A DNA stretch of 64,000 nucleotides. Origin: Zygnema circumcarinatum SAG 698-1b (taxonomy: Eukaryota; Plantae; Zygnematophyceae). Below, in pieces: positions 1-11,505 of the stretch; positions within the stretch are counted from its first letter, which is position 1, and every line of letters begins with the position of its first letter. The stretch lies in contig CM074804.1 of the NCBI GenBank assembly GCA_037447605.1, positions 6,983,909 through 7,047,908 on the forward strand, in the 5' to 3' direction. Both the position numbers and the translations under genes were made by a program. Under the pieces are notes generated by a model, which worked only from the letters and a program-made list of their open reading frames with translations, searched no databases and was not told where the DNA came from.

Positions 1-17
1 ATGTGTGTTGAGTGTAG

Positions 18-2169
18 ATAGTGAGCGAGAAAGCCTATTGCAGGAAGAAGTGAGGTTGCTTGCACAGCAGAAGGAGCTAGAAGCAGCCGGCAATGAGAAG
101 GGAGACAAAGCAGAGGCAGGGGATGCAAACTCAGAAAGGCTCACCCAGATATACAAACGGTTAGAGCAGATAGATGCGTATTCCGCAGAAGCGAGAGCAG
201 CTTCCATTTTGGCGGTGAGATTGGGGCCCACATTCCTGCAAGCAACTGTCAGCAAGTCGCTCCTTGTTGCAAGTGCGTGGGCAAACTTTGTCACTGACCC
301 AATGGTATCAAGAGAAACGTGATTGCAGGGGCTCAGCTTTACTCCAGAAATGCAAGTGAGAGCGACGAAAACATTCTCGGGAGGATGGAGGATGCGGGTT
401 GCCTTGGCACGGGCCCTCTTTGTGGAGCCCGACTTGCTGCTTCTGGATGAGCCAACAGTGAGAAACTCACTGCATTTCTTTCACGGTTCTGCTTCATTCC
501 CACCTGAGCTGCCCGTTGCCAATCTGCCTCGAATTCCAACCGTTGAATTCGGAGGGTGGCTGCAGAATCACCTCGACCTGCACGCGGTGCTGTGGCTGGA
601 GGCCTATTTGCTGCGCTGGCCCAAGACGCTGCTCGTGGTTTCGCATGCTCGAGAGTTTCTGAATACGGTCAGTCCGCTTTTGCCGTGGCAGCTGTCAACT
701 CTTCTCTCTAGACCTCTCTCTCCCTCGCTCTTTCCCTCTTTCTGTACTTCTCCTGCTATCCCTCTTGCTCGCCCTGGCTCTCTACCCTCCCACCCCTTCC
801 CCCTCGCCCCCTCCCACCTTGTCCCTCCCCTCCTCCGCATCTCTCTCCACTGTCGCCGTCTCTAGGATATAGGAGCTTTTGTCAAAGTCTGGGCGAGGAG
901 GGTGCAGGTTGTGACCGACGTCCTTCATTTGCATAATCAAAAGCTTACCACATACAAGGTGCGAACGCTCCCACATCATCACACATGCTAATCTGGTAAA
1001 GCAGTATCTTGGGAGACTACAAGAATATTGGAGTTAATCTAAGGTACCGTCATAGATCTCATGCAAACGACGTACATTTCGATAATGGAGGGGTAGATCA
1101 CTGCTGGTTTGTGCAGGGAAACTACGACGTCTTCGAGAAAACAAGGGAGGAAAGTATACGAAATCAAAACAAGGCAAAGGAGGCGAACGACCGTACCAGA
1201 GCCCATATACAGGTCCGGATCTTAACCACTTTGGGCGATGCTCCATACAATGCATTCGACGGAGAAGTTGTTGTCTGACTGTCCCTTTGTATCCTTTGCC
1301 TTTGCTCTTGGAACAGAATTTTATCGACAAATTCCGATACAACGCCAAGCGAGCTTCGTTAGTTCAGTCGCGTATTAAGGTGCGACCTTTCGCTTTTTCC
1401 CTGCTTTGCAATAGGGCCCGATTGGAGTGTTTATGCAGGAGCAATTACTAGTGTGCAAGAGGGCTGCCTTGCTCCATCAAAGGAAGGAGTCAAGCAGCAT
1501 ATTTCATGTTGGCTTTGTGCTGCTCTGAGGTCCTTGCATTCGCTCTTATTGTTAGAGCGCTCATTCGCAATAGCTTCTAATCCGCTGTTCGTTCTGCAAA
1601 CAGGCTTTAGAAAGGCTCGGGACGGTGGATGGGGTCCTGAATGACCCCGAGTGAGTACATACTTCACGAATACCAAAAAACCGCTAAAACCTGAACAGTC
1701 CTAAACCTCTTCACAAAATGCTTTGAGAGAATCGCAACCTCTCATTCCACCCTACCGCAAATTGCTTGTGGATGAATTTCCGTGCTCGTTGTGCTTTCAT
1801 TTTCGTCTCTGTTCTCTCTGCTCTCTCTCTTGTCTGTCCGCCATTGTTGCTGAACTGCGCTTCATACGTTGTTGATTGACAGATATCGGTTCGAATTTCC
1901 GACTCCAGAAGACCGCCCACAGCCTCCCATCATCAGTTTCACGTATGGATTTCCTCCTCTGTTGTTTTCAGCTGCTTGTTTTAGGGTCATCACTTTGCGA
2001 ACAGTACATGCTTATTGTCATGTAGCGATCTATTCTGCGAACTGGGAGGTGAAAGGAGGAGCTAACAACCATGTCCATTTCTGCAGGGACGTGTCATTTG
2101 GATATCCGGGGGGTCCTATTCTCTTTAATAAACTCAACTTTGGTTTAGACTTAGACAGTCGCCTTGCAA
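18..2169 (+). CDS. ABCF3: ABC transporter F family member 3 (GCN20-like), internal part only; 5' end lies outside the window and the 3' end is lost at the assembly gap
   Basis: GT-AG exons at about 18-214, 329-457, 566-667, 908-958, 1117-1212, 1317-1379, 1604-1650, 1883-1942 and 2087-2169 join into [14 protein letters not shown]...[40 protein letters not shown]...[10 protein letters not shown]...[25 protein letters not shown]...[30 protein letters not shown]. These are the ABCF signature, Walker B, H-loop and linker of the ABCF3 subfamily. Confidence 0.93.
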
Positions 2170-2188
2170 GTGAGTGCCTCTGAAACTG

Positions 2189-2288
2189 NNNNNNNNNNNN
2201 NNNNNNNNNNNNNNNNNNNNNNNNNNNNNNNNNNNNNNNNNNNNNNNNNNNNNNNNNNNNNNNNNNNNNNNNNNNNNNNNNNNNNNNN
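2189..2288. other. Assembly gap (100 N)
   Basis: Run of exactly 100 N, typical of a placeholder scaffold join. Confidence 0.99.
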
Positions 2289-2760
2289 TTTTTCTAGAAG
2301 GTGTCGCGAAACGCCCGTTTTCCAGTTGTTAAAAAAGATGCAAGTAACTCTCGGTCGCGTTCAATTTCAATTTACTTCGTATCCACTGATCAACAACGAG
2401 ATTTCGGCAAATCGCAAAACGAGTGAAGGACGCGCTGGCCGGCGACCTCGGGCCAATCAGGAGCGCTCGAGGCACGCGTCGGGCAACCAAAACATTACGG
2501 GGCGGGGTGGCAGACTAACCGAAATCTCACGAGCAAGAAAGTTTTGTGAAGTACGCCGCCCCAGGATCGCTATGTCTCCGAAGTACTCGTTCTGGCGTCA
2601 AACTGACGAAATGGGCTCCGCGCGGGCCTGCCCGCCGCACGCTCTTGACCGCGCCAGCACCGACCAACCTACCAAGAGGGGGCGGGATAGGCCGTACGAA
2701 ACGTGCCAGACAGCCGCCCGTGCAGTCCAAGCCATCGCGGTCTGCCCGCTCGTTGCCCGC

Positions 2761-2834
2761 GACGTCATGCCACGTCACATTACGTTATGCCTCGTCACGT
2801 CACGTCACGTCACGTCATATTACGTCACGTCACG
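2761..2834. repeat. Degenerate (CACGT)n pentamer array with nine ACGT cores
   Basis: gacgtcatgccacgtcacattacgttatgcctcgtcacgtcacgtcacgtcacgtcatattacgtcacgtcacg; a related, weaker tract lies at about 4999-5035. Confidence 0.8.
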
Positions 2835-2923
2835 CCCCATCCCCATAACGCCCTCGTTTGCATGAACAAGCTCTAAGGCGCACTTCTAAACAAAGGCATT
2901 GCCTTAAAAAAACATTGACAAAT

Positions 2924-3537
2924 TTATTCGGTTTTTTGTAGACTAGCGTTGGCCAATAGGGCCGCTCCTATGAACACGGGCGAAAAAATAAGAGAAACAG
3001 AAAGTGAGAGATATGGAGTAGTGATGGAGGGAACTAAGAGGCTGCCATACTTTATGGCGATTCCTGCGAGTAAGCAGCTCGCGCCGAGCTTTCCTAAATA
3101 GAGTATCTCTTCCTGCGAAAAACAACATCTCCACGAAACAGCTGTTGCCAGAGTTGTTTTTTTGAAGTATAAAAAAAATAAAAAGGAGGTGGAAGGAGAT
3201 GAAGCGAAAACCTCTTAGCTGGAATCTCACAACTCTGAAATTTTGAAGTCCTAATTCTTGCGAACCAGATGTGTTATACTCCTGCAAATCCTACACAACC
3301 TGCAAATCTAAGCAGCCCTAAAAACTACATTTTCTAGTTCTCTGAAGCGCGCACTGCGACGGCCCTCCGCCTGCAGCTCCTTCTCCCCTGCCGTTCCCGC
3401 TCCTTCTGAAGCGTCCGATGCGGCCAGCGGAGAGAATCGGACGGATGGCAGCGCGTGAGGGCGGGCGCGGGCGGACGTCTCCCCGGGACGGGAGAGGGAA
3501 GGCACCGCTGGAACGGCAGGGCGAGTAGCGCGGCCAT
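2924..3537 (-). CDS. Small plastid-targeted two-TM membrane protein of unknown function (conserved plant/cyanobacterial ...AIKYG... type), spliced
   Basis: Last exon 3112-2924 follows a ttttcgcag acceptor and reads EEILYLGKLGASCLLAGIAIKYGSLLVPSITTPYLSLSVSLIFSPVFIGAALLANASLQKTE*, with two hydrophobic segments. First exon from ATG 3537 is transit-peptide-like (MAALLALPFQRCLPSPVPGRRPP...RRRAVA) with a phase-0 gtgcgc donor. A possible short middle exon reads EYNTSGSQELGLQNFRV. Confidence 0.7.
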
Positions 3538-4208
3538 GGAGCGGGCGAGCGGGCGGGCGAGCGGGAGGGGAGGAACGAGGGAGGGAGAGGGAGGCGGGAG
3601 GTGAGAGGCGCCACTGCTTCTTGAGACCGCTCTGTGTGCGTGTCCATGTCCGTGCCCAGTCGCAGTCCCAGGTCTAGTCCGGGCTATCCATGCCAGTTCT
3701 AGTCGCCCGGCTCACTCTCGGCCGGCCCGACTGACTGACTGCCTGGTCGACCGCGAACCGCAGCTAGGGTGGCTATAGGGCTGACGTGGCAAAGCTGCCT
3801 TGCTCGAGATGTCCGCCTGTCCGCCAATGTGCGCCCGCCCTTCCAAATGCGGCCACGCGGGTTCGCCTTCTCGATGACGTCATCCTATCCGGCGCATCCC
3901 GAGCCGGCCGTACGGTCATTTGGCCCGAACGCCGCCGAATTTAGGTGGATGACGTCATCGACGCGTGGACCCTGTCGCGACGTCGCCGCCCGACCACGTC
4001 AAAAAAAAAAAAATCTCATCCGCAAGACACCAGTTGGCACATACCACATGGCAGCGACAGTCCTGTTTCTGTCGCATATAGGGATGGCCCGCGTTATAAA
4101 TTCCGAATATATTATATATTTTACAACGGGTTTAAAAGTAGTAATATATTACAAAGTAATACACTTTATTACATATATTATACCCACTCGTTTTGACCAA
4201 TTGACGAC

Positions 4209-4371
4209 CGTACGACCGTACTCGTACGGTCGTACCATACCAAAATTAGGTCGTTTTGGCGTTGGCGTTGCGAAATGCGTCCGTCTGGTTCATTGTCTGC
4301 TGGTGCTCGACCGTACATCCGTACCGCATAATACCGTACAATCGTACGACCATACGACCGTTCGACCGTAC
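4209..4371. repeat. CGTAC-dense array with a perfect 12-bp inverted repeat
   Basis: Nine CGTAC copies in about 165 bp; gtacgaccgtac (4210-4221) + tc + gtacggtcgtac (4224-4235). Confidence 0.85.
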
Positions 4372-6603
4372 ATGTTGTAAAGGCGTTGTAAAGTAATATA
4401 TATCAGCCGTTATCTAGTCGTCACAGTTGTATTAAGGGGAAGGATGTTTGATTGAACTCACGATGGCAAGGCCATCAAATGTACAAGAAGAAAGTCGACA
4501 TAAGGAACCAAAAGAAGCGGTCACGACGGACGTTGTATAATATAATATATATTATATAGTCGTAATTAATCCATCCCTAGTCGCATATGCGAGCGCGCAC
4601 CTGCGCGCGAACGCGGCCAAGAAAAAATCCCTTTGAAGGGGCTGCGCGAGCGTCGCGGTCTGCCGCAGCCAAACGTTTTGTAGGGCTGCCCAAAATCCAA
4701 CCCAATTAATCCGCAGCGATCGTCGCACGGATGGGGCAGGCAGAACACATTGGTGCTGCCCCCGCCACCGAGCATTAATGCGCTGAGTACCGGCCGGCCG
4801 GCGGTGTCAGAGCTATGGCCACGCGTCACGCCTCGCCGCTGCGGAATGGGCCCCACAGCGCCACGCGGCAGCCCGCCGTCCCGCCTCGCGGCGCGCTGAG
4901 TGGCTGCCGCCCCGCGTACAGTGCACTGCACCTGGACGCCCGGACGGGGCCATACGGCCGGGGAGGGCCGAGGACCAATCGCGCGCTGCCACTTGCCGTC
5001 ACGTCCCGTCACGGCGCGTCATGTGACGTCCCGTCCCGGGCCGTCGCCCCCCCCCCATTCTGCCTTTTTCGGTGTTGTTTTCTTTTTCCTTAGCGTCCTT
5101 TCTCTACCTCATTCTTCTTTTCCCTTTTGCTCCGCCGTCGCCATGGTTTCCGTGGCCGCCTACCTGCAGGCGCGGTTGCGCGTACGCGTAGTGGAGTAGC
5201 TCGCGCTCAACGAGCTCAAGTTCTTGCTCGCCTTTTGGGTGGTGCCACACGATGCCCTTTCACACGAGTTTGTTTGTTGTCTGTGGCGTCAACTTTCTCC
5301 CTAAGTTGCAAGCGTTGGAGGGCCTTGCGCTCAATCCACTCCAATATTTGCTCGCCTATTGGGTAGTGCCTTATGTCGTATCGTATCGGATGAGCGTTGG
5401 TGAGTGCTTGAACCTCTACCCATCACGTCTTTCAGATTTCTAATTTGAGAAAGAGATTCAACTCCCTTTTTTTTGCTAATTTATTTCCATGTTTTCTTTG
5501 TTTGCGCTGTCAGACGAAGAAGTCGCGCCTGTTGTTGCGTCGCTTGTCACCGTACAACAACGGTGGTAGATACCTTGCCTCTGCCACGGCACCACCCAAA
5601 ATATTTGGAGTTTGTTTTAGCGCAAGGAGAATCGAAAGGAAGGGGGAAGGGAGAGGCGTACGGAAAGGCGTCGTGTGGCACCACTCAAAAAGCGAGCAGG
5701 AACTTTAGCTGGTTGAGGGCGAGGAACTCCACCACGCGCGCAACCGCGACTCCAAAGAAGCGGCCACAAAAAGCGACAAAAAGCGGAGCAAAGCAAAAGG
5801 GTAGAGAGGAGTGAGATAGAGAAAGGACACTAAGGAAAAAATCATTATTGGATATAGCTTAGCTTAAAGGGGAGGTAGAGTAGGCCACATTAAACAGATT
5901 TATTGGTTGAATGATGCAAGCAAGACTCTTTGTGCTCCCTTCCGTTTACTGGTGAATTGATGTCGATTTGTACCGTTCACTCATTGTTGAATTGAAGTCA
6001 ATCTGTATATAATGGATGTCAAACTATACATGGATGGATGGATGTTTTACTGTACATGTCGTCGTCCTGCTGTTATAACGCGTGAGATCACGTGATCGAC
6101 CTTTGCATGTTATTTGTTGTTTTTGGATATGGCATCCAGACCTATCCTTTTCAAAATCCAAGTATTTTACGCTTTTGAAATTAAGAGAAAAGACAACAAG
6201 ACAAGACGATCTGTGTCTCTCTCTCCCCCTCTACTACTCTCTCTCTCCCTCTCTTTTTCGTTGTCTGTCTCTCCACCTCTCTCCCTCTCTCTCTCTTTCT
6301 CCTTGTCCTTGTCTTTGCCTCTCTCTCTCTCGCTCTCTCGGGACACGCCGCCATGGCAGACGCGCAGGGTTTAGGAGGCGTAGGAGGTTCCGCAATTGTT
6401 TTGTTTTACAATGCGAAACATCATGTCATAATGCGAAGATTTGCTCACCACAAACACCACGATCGAATCCTTCCTTTTTTTTTTAGAACATGCGGGCACA
6501 AAAGGAAACATGCTTTGTGAAGGAGACTGGACCTCAAGCCAACATTTGCGCAGCCTCGTCCCATACGCCAAGGCTGCATTGCCACCCAACTTCCAACCAT
6601 TGA

Positions 6604-9600
6604 TCAATTGGAGCTTTTTGAATTGGAGCGCCTCGCCTGCAGCTCTCCCTCCACTCTCCGGATCATGCTTTCGCGGCCGAGCTGCTTCAGGACCCGCTTT
6701 AGGTCGCGGGCCACCGTGAGAACGTTCTCATGGTCGGGCCCCAAAAGAGGAGCCAGAATCCTCAAGCAGCAGCCCAGGGCGCGCTCCTCTTCCAGCAGGC
6801 GGCCCTGCTCGCGCAACACCTCAGCAAGGAGCCAATACGCATCTCCTGCATTTGTTTAAGGCACGGTAAAGTTAGCATCGTCCAACGCTATGATGAGGGA
6901 CATCATGAGGACGATGATGATATCAAATGGACGATAAAATTGTCAATACAATGATGTGACGTGAGATTCAATTCAGTGAAAGAAACTCACCTTGCTCGAC
7001 GCTGCTGGAGGCTCCCACAAGCTCATCACGAAGGCGCAAATTATCGCGGGCTGCATCTTCTGCTCTCTCCAGTTCGCCCATGCGCAGATGGCAGAATGCC
7101 AAATCGCGAAGAACTGATGCCATGTCCTCCTTGTGTTTAGAGTGTTCGACCAGCAGACCCGCCAACCGCTGAAGGGGGGGGGTGGCTCGATCCCACTGCT
7201 CCAACTGCATGGCAGTCTCCGCCAAATCACAAAGAGCCAATACAAGATCTTCAAAATTTTCGCCGTCAAGCTGCTCAGCAGCCTCTTCGTCTGCAACTCT
7301 CTGCTCCAGTTTATCCAGCTCCTCCAGCCTGCATTGCAGTAAATGTATTCCCAGACGAGGAAAGAAATAAGTAGTAGAAAGACTCAGTTGAACAGGAAAG
7401 CGCACCCATCTTCACAGGGAGCACCATCCTTCCAAATGCAATGAAGAATGCTACCACTTGACAGATTCTCTAGCTGACGTTTTCCCAAAGAGACGAAGGT
7501 TATGTTCTGCTTTGCCTCACCCGCCTGTCCCCTCGTTTGACCGCATTTGTTGCAACCATTCCCGAACATTTTTCACAAAATTTTCATCGCGCTGTGTGTA
7601 CCCACACTCCTCCAGCAAACCCAAGCCCACCTCAGCAGCCGCTGCTGCCACATCCTTTGCCCCTGCAACGTTGGCAACACCAATGACAATTCTGAATTCC
7701 TGAATATCACCAAAAACTGACCTCTTGACACGTGCGTAACCCAACAAACTTAAACTGCAAAGTGTTCCCATCCAATGCTGATTCATACTAAGCACTGACC
7801 ACGCTGTGCTTCCAGCTGGGCGACGGCCATTAGAGTAAGACCCTTCTCTTGTATGTACCTCCCATCCTGCCGATCACAAATTTCAAGAGCCCTGCTCCCA
7901 GCTCCCTCTCTGTGAGTTTCACAAATCACTGGAATGAAACAAAAAGGTTGCGGCTGGCTGGTAGTCAGAAAAAAATGAGCTTCCGCTGACTCACCTACCA
8001 AAGGCGCTCTCAGCCTCGTCTAATTTCTGTCCTTTCAGCAGAGCAAATCCCAAGTGGCGCAACATAATGGCCACATTCATTGAATCTGGACCTTCTTCCT
8101 CTTCCCAAAGCTGAGTTACTTCTCTCCACACATCACAGGCGCCCCCATGGTCACCGCCATCAGCAAGAGCAGCTGCCAAGCCCATACGAGTTTCTGTGCG
8201 GAACTTGAGTGGCACTGCAGCCCCACACACTTCCATCTGTTAATGCCTTCTCTCTCTCTCACTCTCTCTCTCGCTCTCTCTTTCTCTTTCTACCTCTCTT
8301 TCACCACAAATGAGGACAGGGACTTCAATTTGTTTAGAAAGTGTTAACAGTCCAGAACGTTTTTTTTTTTGCATGCAAGACGTCGTAAAAGAGAGTAAAG
8401 CCATACATTGGTCGCAATCAAGAGAAAGTATGATCAGTAAAATGCAACTAACCATTTTTGGGATCTTGGGCACATAACGCCAGATTGAAGAACTGAATGG
8501 CCTTTGAAAATTGACCGATTTCTGCAAAGTGATCTGCGACGTTGGAAATGACATCCCACAGAAGGCTGTGTTGCGGCTCGAGACGCAGCAGAGCCTGTGC
8601 CGCCTGCCGACATAACGCATGACTCCGGGGTTGTATTGTCAGAAACAAGCAATGAAGAACTTGCCACTCTGCTAAAGAAGTCTACAGCCGGCAGCGGGCA
8701 CCATCCTTTCGCCATTGAACCGAACAGAGGTGAACATTGCAGTGTAGAAAAAAAAACATTGACGAATGACGATAAAATTACGAGCAAATAAGGTCCATGG
8801 CGCTGGCAGTGGCACCTGTTCCAGAGTGGTTTCAGCCCGTGAACTGCCCATATCACCATACACTCGAGCAAGGCATTGCAGCATGGCTGCCTGCTCAACT
8901 CCCACGAGTCCACTTGCAACCTGTTCTTGGACAGCCTCCAAGTTGGCATCCGCAAGTGCTGTGGCAGCCTGCTTGTCACCCGCCAAACAGATATTGCTGA
9001 TCTCGTCTACCAGAGAATGCAGTTCCTCCTTAAGCTCGTTGAGCTCCATTGCTTCCTGTTGCATCTCTGTGGTCCATTCGTCTCTGCGTGGCACAAATTA
9101 GCAGGACTAAGTATCACTCCGGTCCGTCACTCCCTGCCAAATCCAGCAGTGATTAGACAAGGTCAGCATACAGTCTACTGTTCTAGTACGAAAGGATTAA
9201 AGCAGGGAAGCTTCCAGAGGGTTTTTAGTTGTTGATCCTGCACAGGGAACCCCAGAGTGCAGTCGCTAGACCACAACTGATATTCTAAATACACCACCTG
9301 CACAAGTCATTTTTTCTTGGACTGCTCCATTTTTCTTTTCCAGAAAGAAAAATGGAGCACAACTAACCACCGTCCGACAAACTAAGTATCATGCGAGAAA
9401 GTAGCGACGGTTTTATATTGCAGAACAGGACTTGGTGAATTTGTGCTAGTGCAGCTTCATTGCAATCTGCTTGTGACCACGTATAGGTCCCTGCAGGTTC
9501 TTTCCACTAAGCCTTCCATGCTTCATCAATGGAGAGCAAATTGTAAGTTCCAAAGTTGATTTCCCATTGCGATTTTCGTCTCCTCACCTGCGTGCTCCAA

Positions 9601-10536
9601 AGCTGATTGTGGCTTGCTCTTCTGTGAGTGCCTTGCAAAAGCCCTTCTTCTTCCACTTGACACACTGCCCGGCAATGTGCCATTTGCCATTTACGGCCTG
9701 TTGCCGGTTTGCTACGTCCAATCGGCTTCCAAGAAGAGGTCTGCTGAACGTTCTGCAACCCAGCTATACCATTCCATTCAGCTACATTCCACAATTCACC
9801 TGGAAGAACGTCAGATTTCTGTTTTTCAGTAACCCTTCTGAAAAAAGCAAAAAACGTTGAAGTGTTTGTCTAGCAGAGGATAAGGATGAATTTGAAAAAT
9901 CTTTATTAGCTTCTGTACACGCTGAAGAAGAAAATTTTAAAACGATTTTACATTAGTCTGTCCTCAATCGATGCACACAATTCCATTAGAGTCCTCCATT
10001 TTTATCTAGGATAAACTTTATTAGTTCTACTCAGGAGGCAACGCCCGTTCATCGGCCATGCGCCGTGGAAAAATTAGCACTCTTCAGTGAATTTCCACCT
10101 AGGTTATGCAAGCTGCTTTGGCTACTTTCGACTTTAAGAAAGGGGTCTCCCGCCGTCAAACTTCACAATTAACATCGCTTATGTAGCTAGCATTCTGTTG
10201 TCTTTATTGGCGAGTTCGTGCACTTCTCGCGCTAAAAGTCGGACTTCCAGAGTGTTCGACTCTTCTTGACTCAATTCTGTCCAAATAGCTTCTTTCAGAA
10301 AAAATGCGGCTATCAATTCAAGAAATAGGGAACCCTATGATGTGCTGACAAACAGAATTTCCATCATTCAAGAAGCATTAATCAACACGTCCTACAAAAC
10401 CTTGAAAGACCTCCCCACGGTAAATTCATGCGGCAAGTCGGCTCAGGCCAGCGAGGTGAGGCACAGACCTGGCGTTTGCAGCAGCCGTGGCGGCCGCTGC
10501 AATGGCAACCTTGGAATGAAGACCGGCAGCCGCCAT
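6604..10536 (-). CDS. Tetratricopeptide-repeat protein (kinesin-light-chain/NPHP3-like TPRs), multi-exon; N-terminal exons uncertain
   Basis: Exonic segments in ORFs 8672-9094, 8448-8648, 7991-8236, 7783-8001, 7517-7795, 6968-7405 and 6604-6819 give TPR-like helices (GPDSMNVAIMLRHLGFALLKGQKLDEAESAF; MASVLRDLAFCHLRMGELERAEDAAR; LGPDHENVLTVARDL). Likely start MAAAGLHSKVAIAAA at 10536, with a telo-box (AAACCCTA, 10542-10549) just upstream. Confidence 0.7.
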
Positions 10537-11505
10537 AGCCGAAACCCTATTCTCGGCTCGCAAGCTCTGCGACACGCGTTTGCGAGGGCGTCTGAAAGAA
10601 GGGCGCGCCTGTACGTCAGCACCTTCTCCTCCTGCTACACATCATGTTTTGAAAGGTCAAACCCTTCCAATTTCTTCTCCTGAAAAGAAAAATCCTCTCT
10701 CCTATTCTTGATCTATCTCGTCCTCCGTCTTCTCTGGGCGTCTTCGCCGTTGGATTGGTTTTGATTGAGCGCGCTGGTTGAGCAGGAAAGGAAAGGTAAG
10801 GGAGGCAGTCTAGCTGTTCCAGTATACGAATCTCGATCTTTTTATTATTTTTTATCTAGGATGACATTTGCGTTGTCTTTTAGAATACGGCGGCTATAGG
10901 TAAATGTCTGTTGTGTTGCCTTACCCGTTGCTGGCTGTGTGCTTGAGAATTGGGAGGTTCACAGCCGAATTTCTCATTCTAAATTCCCTTCTACTGTGGC
11001 AGCACATGCTAATAGGCGCGTTGTGAAGGTGAAATCCTACTTTCTTTGTGCTTCTTGTTTTTGAGCAAATGTTCAGTAGTTCAACGACGAGACAGGCTTG
11101 CTTGGGTCATTGCCTGCAATCGGCTGAGGTAGTATGGACACTGCTGCTTCTGCCTGTGGCACAATCTGTATGAGTTTAGCTGTGTCATTGTGTAAAGCTC
11201 AATACTCGCCATGTCCTAACAGATGGCTCATCGTACCACCTCAACAAAAACTGCTCGGTTCAGAAGCAGCCTTGCAAACTACAGTATGTACTTGTGAAAA
11301 AGTGTTCTTGGTCTTGGAACTAGCCAATTGACAGCAAATCACCACACTGAAGAAGCCAACGCTGCAACCACTACTGAGCAGAGTGTGTTTCCCACCCTTC
11401 ATACCAACAGAGTTACTCGCTTCACCTTGTACACCCACCTTCCAAACCGTGCGGCTCATCATGTAATGAGGTCAAGAGGCATTTCAAGCCACACATTTGA
11501 ATGTG

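Noticed and set aside
1289-1297. GTATCCTTT, matching the U12 5' splice consensus
   Set aside because: It lies inside an ordinary GT-AG intron (1213-1316), 28 nt before its acceptor, and the flanking exons already join in frame.
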